In this document: positions 13,401-25,300 of the stretch, piece by piece
Layout: every line of letters starts with the position of its first letter
Position numbering within the stretch: position 1 is the stretch's first letter
IMG/VR virus record: IMGVR_UViG_3300005662_000030
Location: 23,769-87,768 of that record
Strand: one strand, 5' to 3'
Length of the DNA: 64,000 nucleotides
Origin: a virus
Lineage: Duplodnaviria > Caudoviricetes
The notes under the pieces: generated by a model
What the model was told of the DNA's origin: nothing
The model's database searches: none
Seen by the model: the letters and a program-made list of their open reading frames with translations, nothing else
Position numbers and translations under genes: made by a program

Positions 13401-15764
13401 GATAACTTCTCAAAGCAAGCTAATATTATGAATAAAGTGTTAAACGATTCTATATACTATTCGCTTGGAAGACCTGGATCACTTCTCAGAGCTATCGACA
13501 ATCCATTCACTAGAGAGTATGGAGAACCAGTTGTAGAAGTTCGTGAACCATTCCAAAAAATTCATTACCTAAGTTCATTTTCAAATATTATAGCAAACAA
13601 CATTCAAGAAACTACAGTTGATGTAGCAACTCAAATTACCGCAGTTTCAGAAGGAAAGTATCCAGTAACCGTAGCATTGGATAAGAGTATTCCAGCGGAA
13701 AGACAAATAGAAAAAACAGTGGAAACTGGTTTATATTTTGACAACATAGCTGGTGAAGGATTGTTCGGCATTGCTCAACCGTTGTTCCATCCAATTGAAT
13801 TTGCTCGTGGTGCGATAAAGCTTTCCCAGGGAGCACCAGATGAATTGATGGCTAGAAGAGTCGGTTTATCTCACTTAAAGGAATCGCTAAAAGATATATA
13901 TGGTGGAGAATTAATAGTTATTGGTAGTCCAGATATTAGACCTCATGACTTGGTCTACCTAGCTGATGTTTATGAAAGAATGTATGGAATGTTTGAAGTC
14001 GAACAAGTTGTTCACCATTTTACTCCAAACATGGGTTTCATAACCTCAATAACACCTAACGCGCTTGTTACAATAAACGACCCAGCCAGATGGTTTATGT
14101 CTTCATGGGTTCACTCTTGGATGTCAATTCAAAATATCAGAAACGACACAAGAAGTTTAATTAATTCAGTTCAAGCTGGAAGTACGGGAATATTGTCTGG
14201 TGGCAATATTTCGATGGAAGGAATGTCAGAAGCACTTAGAGCACAGATGCTTGGCGGAGTTCAATTTACACATGGATCTAGCGCCCTTATGTCTGATATT
14301 ATGGCCAACTTTGCAGCAGAAGGGTTGACAGATGCTCAAGCTCAAATAGAAAATCAAATGAAACAAAACGCAGAAGCGGGAGTCAGCCTTAAGGGTATAG
14401 CCTTAACGTACTTGGGTACCGTAGGTCTAACTGCGGCAGCTGGAGCATTACTTGGTGGACCAGTGGGTGCAGGTGTTGCTGCTGGTATATCGTCAGATTT
14501 ATTCTGGAAGGGATGGAAGTGGGTAAGAGATAATGTTCTTGACCAACACGGCTGCTACATATCTTACTTAAACAAGAATGGCCAACCAATGGACGCAAGT
14601 CTTGCAATTAATCAAGGCATGGTTGTTGGTAGATACCATACCAAGAGATTGCTTCCTGGAATCCTTGGCGTAAGAAGTAAGGTGAGAACAGTAGACGGCA
14701 ACGCTTTCATTAGAAATGACGACCTATTGAAGAGTTTGGGCTGGAAAGAAAATGAGATAACAGATCTAGTAAGACATATTAGTTACGAAAATGCACTGGT
14801 TAATGCAGAAGTGCTCAAGTATTCTGGTACTGGTCCTGATAAAACTGGATTGAATCAATTCTTTAAAGTTGTTTGTAAATTAAATAAAGTTATTGACGGT
14901 GATGAAATAGAAGTAATAGACTTGATGAATCCATTAGGTGAACCGTTTAAGGTTAGATTAGAGGGTATCATAGCATCAAGTCTTGGAACATTCCAAGCTT
15001 ATACAAATACATCTATTCAGGCTGGGTATAAGCCAGATGATCAGACAACAGCTATAAACATAAATTCTCCTGGCGCTAAACCAACAATTTTTGTAAGCGA
15101 AAAATTAAGAGATAGACCATTTGTAATTAGAGTCTCTCCAAATGATCAATCCTCAGTTTCTATTTATACCGAAGATGATTTGTCTCCAGGCTCCAGGATT
15201 AATAATCCAGGTAGCTACCTCAAAGGAACTTACTACGGTGAGAACGAAAGAGATAAAGCGTTGGGTACAGTTTTTTACAGGTTGCTCGATGAAGACATGC
15301 AAAAATATACAAATGAAGTAAGAGCTTTTTTTATTAAAAACCTTGGACAAAGCATCATTCAAATGAAAGCTAAGTTTAAAGACACACTTTATGTTGATTC
15401 TGTATTCTATAAGAAATTTGATGAATTATATAATTCAATATATACTTCTAATATGGAAAATCATTTTACTATTACAGGTGAAACGGATCCACTTTTAACC
15501 ATAACAAATGATCAAATTAAATTATTTAATGATCTAGTTAATTTTAAGGTTATGGAAGTTCTATATTCCAAAGCGTCAGAATGGCCATATATATCTTGGG
15601 ATGAATACTATGATGACGGTCTCCCCGCAACACTAAACTGGGAAATGATAACAAATAACCTAGCCCAGGTTTATACAGTTGACCTACTCAGAGAACGCGC
15701 TTCTACTGGTGGATTAGATAGATCTATACCAATGCCAGTCTATGTTGAACAGAAAAGCAATTAA
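4418..15764 (+). CDS. Giant (~3,781 aa) tail/baseplate hub-like protein with a degenerate C-terminal SNase-like domain; +1 shift at CGGA 4535-4538
   Basis: ATG 4418 (AGGT upstream) runs to TAG 4550. The +1 frame from 4536 is stop-free into ORF 4872..15764. Hub/gpD-like segments: VRVHLRVGYGSNPNSLHTLFNGVITEV and ELIVIGSPDIRPHDLVYL...GMFEVEQVVHHF. SNase-like segment: KVIDGDEIEV...FKVRLEGI. Confidence 0.7.
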
Positions 15765-15772
15765 GGATACTT

Positions 15773-18525
15773 ATGTCTGATTTTAATTTTAATCTAAGTG
15801 ATTTTAACGATTCAACTGCTTTCACCGCTAAGCTTGGTGAAAGTTATAATCCAGATGGAATGGCTAGCTTAGTAACTAGCGGATCTAAAGATAAGTATTC
15901 TAATCAAACACTAACTTCTAGAAACCTTACGGACATAATGTCTGGTCGGAGCTTTAACTAGGAACCCAGCAGCATTAGCCGATGCTTCTTCTAAGTTTGT
16001 TAAATCTTCTTTACATTCTGTTCTGGCAGCTGGGGCTCAAGCTGGAGATAATTTTCAAATAGCTAATCCAGATTATCAAGGTCCACGGAGATGTTGAATA
16101 TCTTAAAGGTGACCAAGCTTATATAAAAACGGTTGCAATGTCTTTGGCGGGTAGTGGATTTTCTCCTGGATCAGTTATGAATCCATTGCTTCAAACTGTT
16201 GATGGTAAATGGCCAGGTAATGATAAATCAAAAGTCGGAGGTGCTGATGGCTCTTTGTTTACACATAACAGCACAGCTTATTCAATTGACGCTGATGCTC
16301 CAGGATTAGGAGAAAGACCAGTTGCACTAGATTCAGAGTTATCTGAAGATGAAAAACAAATTTATATAGAACGAGGTACGCTCTTAAAGCAGTCTATTAA
16401 CGAACCAGCATTAACACTTGGTTATCAATTTGATATTCCAAATGTACTTTCTTCTTATTCATTTGTCCAAACAAATTCATATTTTGCGGAAGAATTTAAA
16501 ACAGCTAACACGTCAGTAGATGGAGCTTTGATCAGCGCAACAACTCAAAAGGCTTATATAAGCGCCTCTCTGATCGAGTGTCTGCTTATGCTAACAGATG
16601 CAACTAAGGGTGTTAAAATTTCTGGCACATTTGGTTTGTATAGAGCTATTATGTCAGAGAGCGACAAAACAAGTAGAAATTCAAGTCCAGAAAATGGAAT
16701 TGATAAAAATAGTAACAATTCAATTTCAGACCATGTTTTTGGTAGAGCTTTTGATATTAGGTCAGTAGGTGATTTTTCGACTTTATCTGGATCAAAAGAA
16801 AGATACGCAGCGGCTCTGGATATGGTATTACAAAAAATAAACCTACTTCCTCAACCATTGATTCCAGATTTGATAGTTATACACCCAGATGTAGCTAAGG
16901 ACAAAGGGATAAATGAAGGTTTTGAATCTGTGGATACTGCAATTAAAGCCCAGTATCCAAATTTAAAATATGTTAATTTTTCTTTTGGTACTGAACATAC
17001 CGATAATATACATATAAGTTTTAGTCCTCAAAGAGGAGGTAAGTACATTGGCTCTAATGGGTGGAAAGCTGCATCTGGATCCAGTCAAGCTCTTGATGAA
17101 AATGGAAACCCAATAGATAACAGTGATAAAGCATCTTCCGCTAAAGAAAAAGCCTACACAAACTATAAGGATGGTGGTCCAGCAATAGATCTCTATGAGC
17201 TATTTATAATGCTGTCTCAAGAGGGTCCATTTAGTGACGAAGTTGCTGCTATTTTTTGCGCCGTTGCTGGAAGAGAAAGCAACGTGAATCCAAGTTCTTA
17301 TAATGGAAAATGTTTTGAAACTAAAACAAAATGGACAGAAGATGTTTCTGTTGGTATGTTCCAATTTAATTTACTCGCTTTAATAAAAAAAGAAAACAAT
17401 ACAGCTGGTGATGTTCCAATATACTATGATGGCTCAAAAGTAAATCAGCAATTAGTCCCTGCTCATAGACTGGCATACAATACAGCTGAATCAACTTCCT
17501 GGGATCCTAACGCCATTGCTAAAAAACTAGTGCAATTATACGCAAGTGGAAATAACGCTGGCGCATCAAAGCCTACAACTGACGATAAAGTATGGTATCC
17601 AATTAATCAAGTTTGGATGGTAATGAATAAGTGGGGAAGAAATGATTTTAAAAAACCATCAAAGATAGATTCATCATCAGGATTTTATCACTGGGGAGAT
17701 TATGGTGATAGGTCAGATTGTGGCTTTATTTTTAAAACAAAATTTCAAAATGCAGTTAGCGTATATCTAACGACTGGTAAAGACATTAGTATTTTAGAAG
17801 AATGGGTTAGAACTAATTTTAAGAAACATCAGTCAGAAAAAGCAGCAAAGTACATGGATCAGTGGATGGAAGGAACCGTATTCTACAGTAAGCCAGTTGA
17901 TGGTTCTTTGATTGATGAAAAGAACAGCGGAACAATAAACTACGTTGCTTCTGTAGTTCCTGTTTCAAGTCAGTCAGCAGGCGGTGATGGAGTTATACCT
18001 GTGTTCACGAGAACCCAAATAAAGGAAGCAGCTGATTGGATTAGTGTAAATAGAGTTCCTCAGTGGTTATCTAAGTATAGAACAGATCTTGACGGTAATA
18101 TCCAATGTGATAGATTTGCTAGAGTGCTATCTGCTGCAATTGGTTTATTTAGCGCGGCTCAAACTAATTTAATTAACTCAGAGTGGGTAGCCTCAGGAAG
18201 TGGTACAGATGCTACAATAGCAACTCCTGGGCTAAACCAGTATCCATCTGCTGGAGATCATCTATCTGCATTAAAGGGTTCTTCTTCCTACTTTGGCCCA
18301 GATACCGAAAATGGAAAGAATCCACCAGCAGGATATCTCGTATTCTGGGAGGGTGGATCTGATGGATATGGTCACGTTGGTATTTCAATTGGCGGTGGCC
18401 AATATGTGGACCAACATGATGAAACACAAGGTGGAGACAGACCAAGGCCTAGAAGTATATTCTCTACCACATTTCCAGGTAGCAAGTATACGTACGCTGG
18501 TTGCTCATCAGCATGGAATGGATAG
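15773..18525 (+). CDS. Virion-associated multi-domain peptidoglycan hydrolase (M15-like peptidase + lysozyme/SLT-like + CHAP/NlpC-like), ~916 aa; two +1 shifts (CGGA 15947-15950, 16086-16089)
   Basis: Motifs SDHVFGRAFDI...HTDNIHISF (Zn peptidase H-x6-D...HxH), AGRESNVNP...SVGMFQFN (lysozyme-like), and QCDRFAR...AGYLVFW...GYGHVGISIG (Cys/His amidase). The short ORF 15773..15961, the bridge 15948..16085 and ORF 16138..18525 join by two +1 shifts. Confidence 0.75.
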
Positions 18526-18536
18526 GAGTATAAAAA

Positions 18537-18899
18537 ATGAAACAGTATCCAAAGTTTGATGAGAGATTAAATTCTCACATAAACAATAATCAGCTTCAGC
18601 AATCAAAAACAAGACCAGGAACTATCATGTCCTACAACAAGATGAACAATACAGTAGTTGTTATCTTAGATGATAGAATGACTAATCAAGTGGGGAATAT
18701 AATCAGAAACGTTCCATGTCCAGCTACACAGGGTATCCAAACAGTAGCTCCTACCGCTGGTGCAAGATGTATAATAGGTTTTACGGACGTCAACGAAAGG
18801 TATCCGTATATAGTATCCTATATAGATGACGCCAACTCAATCGGTAAGTACATGCCAAATTATCATGTAAATACTGGCGTACCAAAGTTCTTGGTGTAA
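18537..18899 (+). CDS. Baseplate spike/gpV-like OB-fold protein
   Basis: IIRNVPCP...APTAGARCIIGF pattern resembles gp5/gpV N-terminal OB folds; lies between the lysin and gp25-like genes. Confidence 0.5.
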   Translation: MKQYPKFDERLNSHINNNQLQQSKTRPGTIMSYNKMNNTVVVILDDRMTNQVGNIIRNVPCPATQGIQTVAPTAGARCIIGFTDVNERYPYIVSYIDDANSIGKYMPNYHVNTGVPKFLV

Positions 18900-18900
18900 T

Positions 18901-19611
18901 ATGTCTGAAAAATTAAACGCTCAAAAATCTTATGATTCAACAGTAGGAAACACCGCTTCAGAAGTTGGAGAAATGGGAAGAAGAAAAACTTTCTCACACA
19001 GAGAGGTTGGTCTTAACCATCCAGATAATTCTAGCTTTATTAGATTGACTGATTCTGGTGATATTGAAATATTTGCAGCTCCTGGAGTGGGGATGGTTAT
19101 CAATGGATCAACTAGGACGATTTCCCTCTTTGCTGATAATATTAAATTTCATACCAAAGAAGATGGTCTCAAGTGGAACGCTATGGAGTTTAATCATTCA
19201 GCTACGTTATTTTCTGAGCCAGCTTTTGTTGGAGCAAATGAGACATCATACAATCCAGCATTTTTAAACATGGATTATTATATTGATAATTTAGATCAGT
19301 TGGATCAAGAAGAAAGCCAACAGTCAGTTACTATTAATGGCAACTACGGATATAGGGCAACCACCGAAAACTCTATAGTTGATATTAACTTGGCAGAAAG
19401 TAACAGCTTAGGTAATTATTTTACAAACCAAGAAATAAGCACAATACAATCTTACTGGGATGAGTACGGCGTTGACTATAGGAATTTTACAAACTCTACA
19501 AATCCACTGTCAAGTTTTATAGATATGATTAAAAATAATATTTTAGAAAATTATAGCTTTCAACAAGCTATTGATAAGGTTGTACAAACTATAAAGGATA
19601 ATAATGTCTGA
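18901..19611 (+). CDS. Baseplate-associated protein (spike-like beta repeat N-terminus)
   Basis: Intact 236-aa ORF in the baseplate cluster with SFIRLTDSGDIEIFA-type beta segments. Confidence 0.45.
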   Translation: MSEKLNAQKSYDSTVGNTASEVGEMGRRKTFSHREVGLNHPDNSSFIRLTDSGDIEIFAAPGVGMVINGSTRTISLFADNIKFHTKEDGLKWNAMEFNHSATLFSEPAFVGANETSYNPAFLNMDYYIDNLDQLDQEESQQSVTINGNYGYRATTENSIVDINLAESNSLGNYFTNQEISTIQSYWDEYGVDYRNFTNSTNPLSSFIDMIKNNILENYSFQQAIDKVVQTIKDNNV

Positions 19612-19984
19612 TTTTTATATTAATCTTAGCGGCGATTTAATCGTTAATGGTTCTGGGGATATAGGTACCGTCCAAAGTATGTCAGAAAAAGACGTTCAAC
19701 ACGTGTACCTTAGACTGATGACTGAACCAGGAGACTTCTTTATCTATCCGCAATTGGGGACTCAGCTCTCCATGCTTTACGGTATGCCTCAGACCCCAGA
19801 GACTGGTGATTTTGGTAAAAGATTAATTCGTGCAGCCCTAGAAAGAGAAGGGGTTTTTAAAAATAGACAAATTACTATTGAAGCTGTCCCAGTTTCCGCA
19901 GACTCTGTAAGGTTTGACGTGTACCTAATGGGCAATCTAGGTGAACCAACTGTATTATCAATAACGCAAGACTTAGGAGCTTAA
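19604..19984 (+). CDS. gp25/GPW-like baseplate wedge protein
   Basis: 126 aa; RLMTEPGDFFIYPQLGTQLSML matches the gp25-family pattern; directly precedes baseplate J. Confidence 0.75.
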   Translation: MSDFYINLSGDLIVNGSGDIGTVQSMSEKDVQHVYLRLMTEPGDFFIYPQLGTQLSMLYGMPQTPETGDFGKRLIRAALEREGVFKNRQITIEAVPVSADSVRFDVYLMGNLGEPTVLSITQDLGA

Positions 19985-19985
19985 G

Positions 19986-21155
19986 GTGGCAATAATTAAT
20001 ACAAAGAGCAAAGAACAAATGCTTATAGCTACCTTAGATAGCTTAAATAAAAATGTAAATATTAGCTCTGTTTCACCAGGTTCTATAGCTAGAGCTTTTG
20101 CAGAGGCAATACATTCTGAAATTAATGACCTTTACAATTCATTGAAGGTTAGCGTGGAGCAATCAAATTTGTCCACCGCTTCTGGTATGAACTTAGACAT
20201 GATAGGCTCTCTATATAATGTACCTCGTAGGACAATTTCGTCAGAACTTGTACCAGAAAGAACAACTGGAAACATAGAATTCTTTTTAAATACTACAAAC
20301 TCTACAACCATAACAGTTCCACAAGGTACATTGGTTTATAACGACACAACAAGTTTTTCGTCAACGCAATATCAATATGAATTATCTGCTGATGTTGTAA
20401 TTCCAGCTGGGAACACTAGAGCTTACGGAACTGTTAAAGCTAAATTTGCAGATAATAATATTACTGCATCTAGAAACACTTTAGTAAAACATAATTATAT
20501 AGCTCCACCTGGAGTAATAGTTTACTGCAATAACCCAAAAGAAGTTTATAGTAGTTTAAATTCAGAATCAGACGATAACTATAGAAGAAGAATAGTTTCT
20601 TCTATTAGGGGATCTAGTAGCGGAACTTCAGAATCAATCAGGTTTGCAGCTCTTTCTGTTAAGGGCGTGAGAGACGCTAAGATCAGAGAGGCTTCTTACG
20701 GTATAGGATCTTGTGATATTATTATCATTCCAGAAACTCAGTCTGGGATATCGACTATGAGTCAATTGGTTTATGAAAAAATTAAAGCTATTAAGCCTGT
20801 TGGTATTAATTTAAACTTAAGAATAGCCACTAAAAAACTTGTGGAAGTATCGGCTACCCTAACGCTTAGGGAGGGAACCACGTCTACCATCTCTAAGAGT
20901 GTTGAGAATCAAGCAAGAATTTTCTTGAATAGATATTTAAATAGTTTGACCATTGGTGATTCTGTTTCTGTAGGTGAAATAGAAAGACAGATGAAGTTGG
21001 CTTCCGAATTGATAGTTTCAGTTGCGGTTAATAATATTAAAGTAGATAATAGAAACATACCTAATAAAGATTATAGATTATCAGATGATAAAAGTTACAT
21101 GGCTGCTGGTACTCTCAGTCTATTTTCTGTTATAATGGGAGTGCAAAACTACTAG
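19986..21155 (+). CDS. Baseplate J-like protein
   Basis: GTG start; ASGMNLDMIGSLYNVPR, ITVPQGT and ESDDNYRRRI motifs typical of baseplate J. Confidence 0.85.
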   Translation: MAIINTKSKEQMLIATLDSLNKNVNISSVSPGSIARAFAEAIHSEINDLYNSLKVSVEQSNLSTASGMNLDMIGSLYNVPRRTISSELVPERTTGNIEFFLNTTNSTTITVPQGTLVYNDTTSFSSTQYQYELSADVVIPAGNTRAYGTVKAKFADNNITASRNTLVKHNYIAPPGVIVYCNNPKEVYSSLNSESDDNYRRRIVSSIRGSSSGTSESIRFAALSVKGVRDAKIREASYGIGSCDIIIIPETQSGISTMSQLVYEKIKAIKPVGINLNLRIATKKLVEVSATLTLREGTTSTISKSVENQARIFLNRYLNSLTIGDSVSVGEIERQMKLASELIVSVAVNNIKVDNRNIPNKDYRLSDDKSYMAAGTLSLFSVIMGVQNY

Positions 21156-21170
21156 AAAAAGGTATGGCTA

Positions 21171-22388
21171 ATGTCTGAACAAAGTTACTCTGTTATTAGA
21201 AAGCAGATAGTAAAAGCAAAAAATATGACTCACGCTAGAATGGTAGCTGAGGGTTATGAAGATTTCCCAGGCGAAGTTCTTTACGATGATTGCGAAATTA
21301 TCGAAACTGATGTAACTGAAATATGGGATGAAGAAGAACAAGAAGCACAGGTATTTTTAAATAGCCATGAAGCAACAGCTGCTGACCAGTCTATTTTTCT
21401 TAGGTCTGAAAATAGACGCTTAGCTAAGCTAGCTGAAAAGAGTAAAAACGTAAGAGATGAAGCTGTATATGCAGTCTACCAAGCAGCATATGATGCGTTT
21501 TCTTCTATCGATCCAACTCCTATTAAAGCCCCAGTCATCAAAAGTGCACCAGGGGTAGCCGAAACCGCCGTAGCAGTATTTGCCGACTGGCAATTAGGTA
21601 AAATAACTCCAGATTATAATTCTGAAGTATTGGCGGAAAGAATTGAAATCTACACCCAGAAACTACTGGAGATTACGGAGATCCAAAGAAGAGATCATCC
21701 AGTTAAGAATCTACACGTCTGGCTTTTAGGTGATATCGTAGAGGGTGAAGAAATTTTCCCAGGACAGGCACACTTAATCGATTCAGGTCTCTATAGGCAA
21801 GTTGGTGTAAATGGTCCAGCAATTTTGACTAAGTTCTTTGACACAGTGCTCCAGCATTTTGAGCACATTCATGTGACTGGTGTAATTGGAAACCATGGAG
21901 CTGTTGGCGGCCGCGCCAGAAAGCAACATGATCCAGAAACAAATATGGACAGACTTCTTTACAAGTCAGTAGAATTCTTCTACAAAGAAGGAAGAAAAGA
22001 ACCAAGAATTACCTTTAATATTCCTGAAGGAAAAGGCGAGAGACACTGGTATGCCGTAGACACTATAGGAAACTATAGTTCTTTGCTAATTCATGGTGAC
22101 CAAATGCCTGCACCAGGACAGTATTATGGCTACTATAAGAAAGCAATGGGATGGAAAGATGGTGCTGTTCCAGAGCACTTTGAAGATATATTTATGGGTC
22201 ATTACCATCAGCAATTTAAGATGACCATAGGAAGATCAATGCTTAGAATCTCTGGTTCTCCAGAAAGTTACAACACCTATGCCCAAGAATACTTCTCTTC
22301 AATGAGTAGGCCTTGTCAGCACTTGATGTTTGTTCATCCAGAAAATGGAGTTACTTGTGAGTACAGCATTTGGCTAGACGCAGTTTAG
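21171..22388 (+). CDS. Calcineurin-like metallophosphoesterase
   Basis: Full motif set: FADWQLG, LLGDIVEGE, GNHG, IHGD, MGHYHQ. Confidence 0.85.
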   Translation: MSEQSYSVIRKQIVKAKNMTHARMVAEGYEDFPGEVLYDDCEIIETDVTEIWDEEEQEAQVFLNSHEATAADQSIFLRSENRRLAKLAEKSKNVRDEAVYAVYQAAYDAFSSIDPTPIKAPVIKSAPGVAETAVAVFADWQLGKITPDYNSEVLAERIEIYTQKLLEITEIQRRDHPVKNLHVWLLGDIVEGEEIFPGQAHLIDSGLYRQVGVNGPAILTKFFDTVLQHFEHIHVTGVIGNHGAVGGRARKQHDPETNMDRLLYKSVEFFYKEGRKEPRITFNIPEGKGERHWYAVDTIGNYSSLLIHGDQMPAPGQYYGYYKKAMGWKDGAVPEHFEDIFMGHYHQQFKMTIGRSMLRISGSPESYNTYAQEYFSSMSRPCQHLMFVHPENGVTCEYSIWLDAV

Positions 22389-22399
22389 GAGTTTAATAA

Positions 22400-25300
22400 A
22401 TGAAAACTTATTTGTTAAGCTTTAACGCTGGAGATTTTACCAAGGACGGCAAATCTTGGACCTCTAGCGCTATTGACCTCTATTCAAATAAGTTTTACAC
22501 AAACTTCTCATATACTAAGTCGGCAACTGGATTAAATTCTTTAGGTGACTATACTTTCACTGGAACGGAGATATTGGCTGATGCCACTCCAACCATAGAG
22601 GGTTCATATGCAGTAACTAACTATGGTGAACTTTATCAAGATCCAGGTCTAAGTCCTCACTTATATTTTGATGTAAATTCAATCGATGGTGATAACCTTG
22701 TGTTTGATCCAGACGCCGACGCCACCTCAACTTTTACAGCTGATTCAACAGACGATTATTTGTATAGATTTATTGATACATCTTCTCGTATAGACATAAG
22801 AACATTTAAAGGCGCTTTTTCTAGCTCATTAAATAGCGTTGAGTCAATTACTTTTGGTCTTGAAATATATGAATCAGACAATGTAGATCGGACCATGGTT
22901 ACTTTCAGTAACTACTACATCTAATGCACTTGGTTCAATTCTTCTATCTAAGAATTCAAAAAGGTACGCAAAATTTGTTGTAACAGTTAACACAGAGTTG
23001 GAAACTTTAACATCTCTAAGTTTCCTTCTTTTGGTAGAAGTAGCAATATCAGAACCATCTAATCCAGTTTTATCAAGAGCAGCAAAAAATGTATTAGGAA
23101 GATTTCCATCCTGGATGTCTCTATATGAGGACTCATTAGATCAAGCAACCCCTAGTCTGTACATTCCTCAGTCAACTGCAGGAAAGTTTGTAAACTCTAT
23201 ATTAGGTGAGACTTTAGATAATTTTGATAGAGAAATAGATTTATATAGAATTAATTCGTTTATAGATAGAGCTGATTTGGATCAGCTAGCCTGGGTGTAC
23301 TCATCAACAGATGTAACAAATGTTTTCAATAAGGTATTAGCTAACAATGTTGAATTGTCTAGGGTAGATAATCTTGTTGATTTTTATAAATCAAAACCTT
23401 CTGAATATATTTTCTATCACAATCCAATAAATAGAGAGATACTTACATTATCTTCTTTTAATAACTTAAGAATAAAGAGTGAAAATACTGGATTAATAAC
23501 AGAGCTTCAGCAAACTCCTGTATTAAAGTTCAATTGGTTTGATGAGCTTGGAGCTAGAGTTGGTTTATCTAGACTATATCTAGAGTCTAACTCATCATTT
23601 AAGCAAAGAATATTAGACGTATTTAAAAACCCAAACGGAGTAGATTTAGAATCATTTAAGAAAGTCTTAAGAAGAGAATTAAATCTTTGGAAAGCTTTTG
23701 GAGTTGAGCCGTCATCTTCTTATGCGGGTGCAACACCAGAAGTAATGGAAATTTCTGATTTAGAATATTCAACTCCATATTTTACAGCAGATGGAAATCC
23801 AACTGAATCATTTAAAGATTTGGTAGAAGAATTGAATATAAGATATCCAACTAACTGGGGATACTTTAGGTTTGGAGACAGCATCTGGGACTATGCTGGA
23901 GATGACAGCGAAGGTGTTAACAGAATACGTTCCAGATACTATGATGATGAATTAAACTTTGACTACTATCAACCTGGTGTAGCTGATCTTTCAGACGGCA
24001 AAATTACAATCCAAAATTACGATGCCACTCCTAAGTTTTTTGAAACTACAATAGTAGCAAAAGGTAAGAGAAAAATTGGGACATCACTTAAGCATGAACC
24101 AGTTCTTGTTGACTATGAATATTATGGCTCATATGAAATAACTGAATATGAAAACCCTTCTGCGACTGTTAACTTTACGCTTGAGTTTCATGCAACTCCA
24201 CACGGATCGTATGCAACACCAATAATATTTTCAGCACCATTAACTATCTATCCTAAAAATAATTTTGCCCCAACAAGTTCAGCCAGTCCTGAATTTTATC
24301 CAGTAAATATATTTGATACGGAAGGTTATATTTCTACTGATTTTTCACTTGTTGAAAAAAATACCCTGATACCCTATAAGAACACAAGAGGAACCGTTAG
24401 TAGTTCTAGATTAGATGTAATAAATCTACAGAACATAGTTTTAAGAAATGGCTTATGGAATGGAACCACATATCTATCCACAAACTCAAATAATTTCATA
24501 GCAAAGTTTTCACACAGAAATCCAACTCTCAATAGCTCATCAACGCTATTGTCAGCTACCCCAAACTTTGGACAGAGCACACAACTTCAAGTAGTATCAT
24601 CTTTGTATAATCCAGTACAAAAAACAAAACGCACGATTTCTCAAAGTAATTTTTTCTTTTTAAATGATGTAGCTACTCCTCCAAGTATTTATGAAGTAGA
24701 TCATAACAGAATCATAAACAACATAGTCATGCCAGTCGGCGCTACTCCAAAGTACGTGCATATAAATAATATTAAACCATTAACTGCTCAAACTGATTAC
24801 ATAAATGATTCATCTATATATTCTGGATTTGGTGGAGTTTCATATTACCTAGAAGTAGATAGCGATGTTTATATTCCATCTTCTCCAAACATTGTGATGA
24901 ATTATTATGGTTCAAATTTAGCTACTCCAATCGGAAACTCTAAAATTGGATCAACAACAATCAATTCTGGACAAGCTACCGCATCATATTACTTTACAGA
25001 ATTATCTTATCCATATGGCGGAACGCCAAACTTACTAACTGTTAACACAGTAAACAGTAATGCCTATCCATTTACGATAATTGATTGGGAGGGATTTGAG
25101 TTAACTAGTTCTACCCCAATTTCTGGATATGTAGATGAAAATGGTATTGTAAATTATGATGTTACGCAAGGTGAATATGTTCCAGGTAAAAACTCTAATT
25201 CAATCTTAATACCAGAATTAACTAGAGAAAGCTTTGGTATTTCTGGTTCTGAAAAGTTTGAATACTTTTTTGAAAACATAGAAATATTAGATCCAACCAA

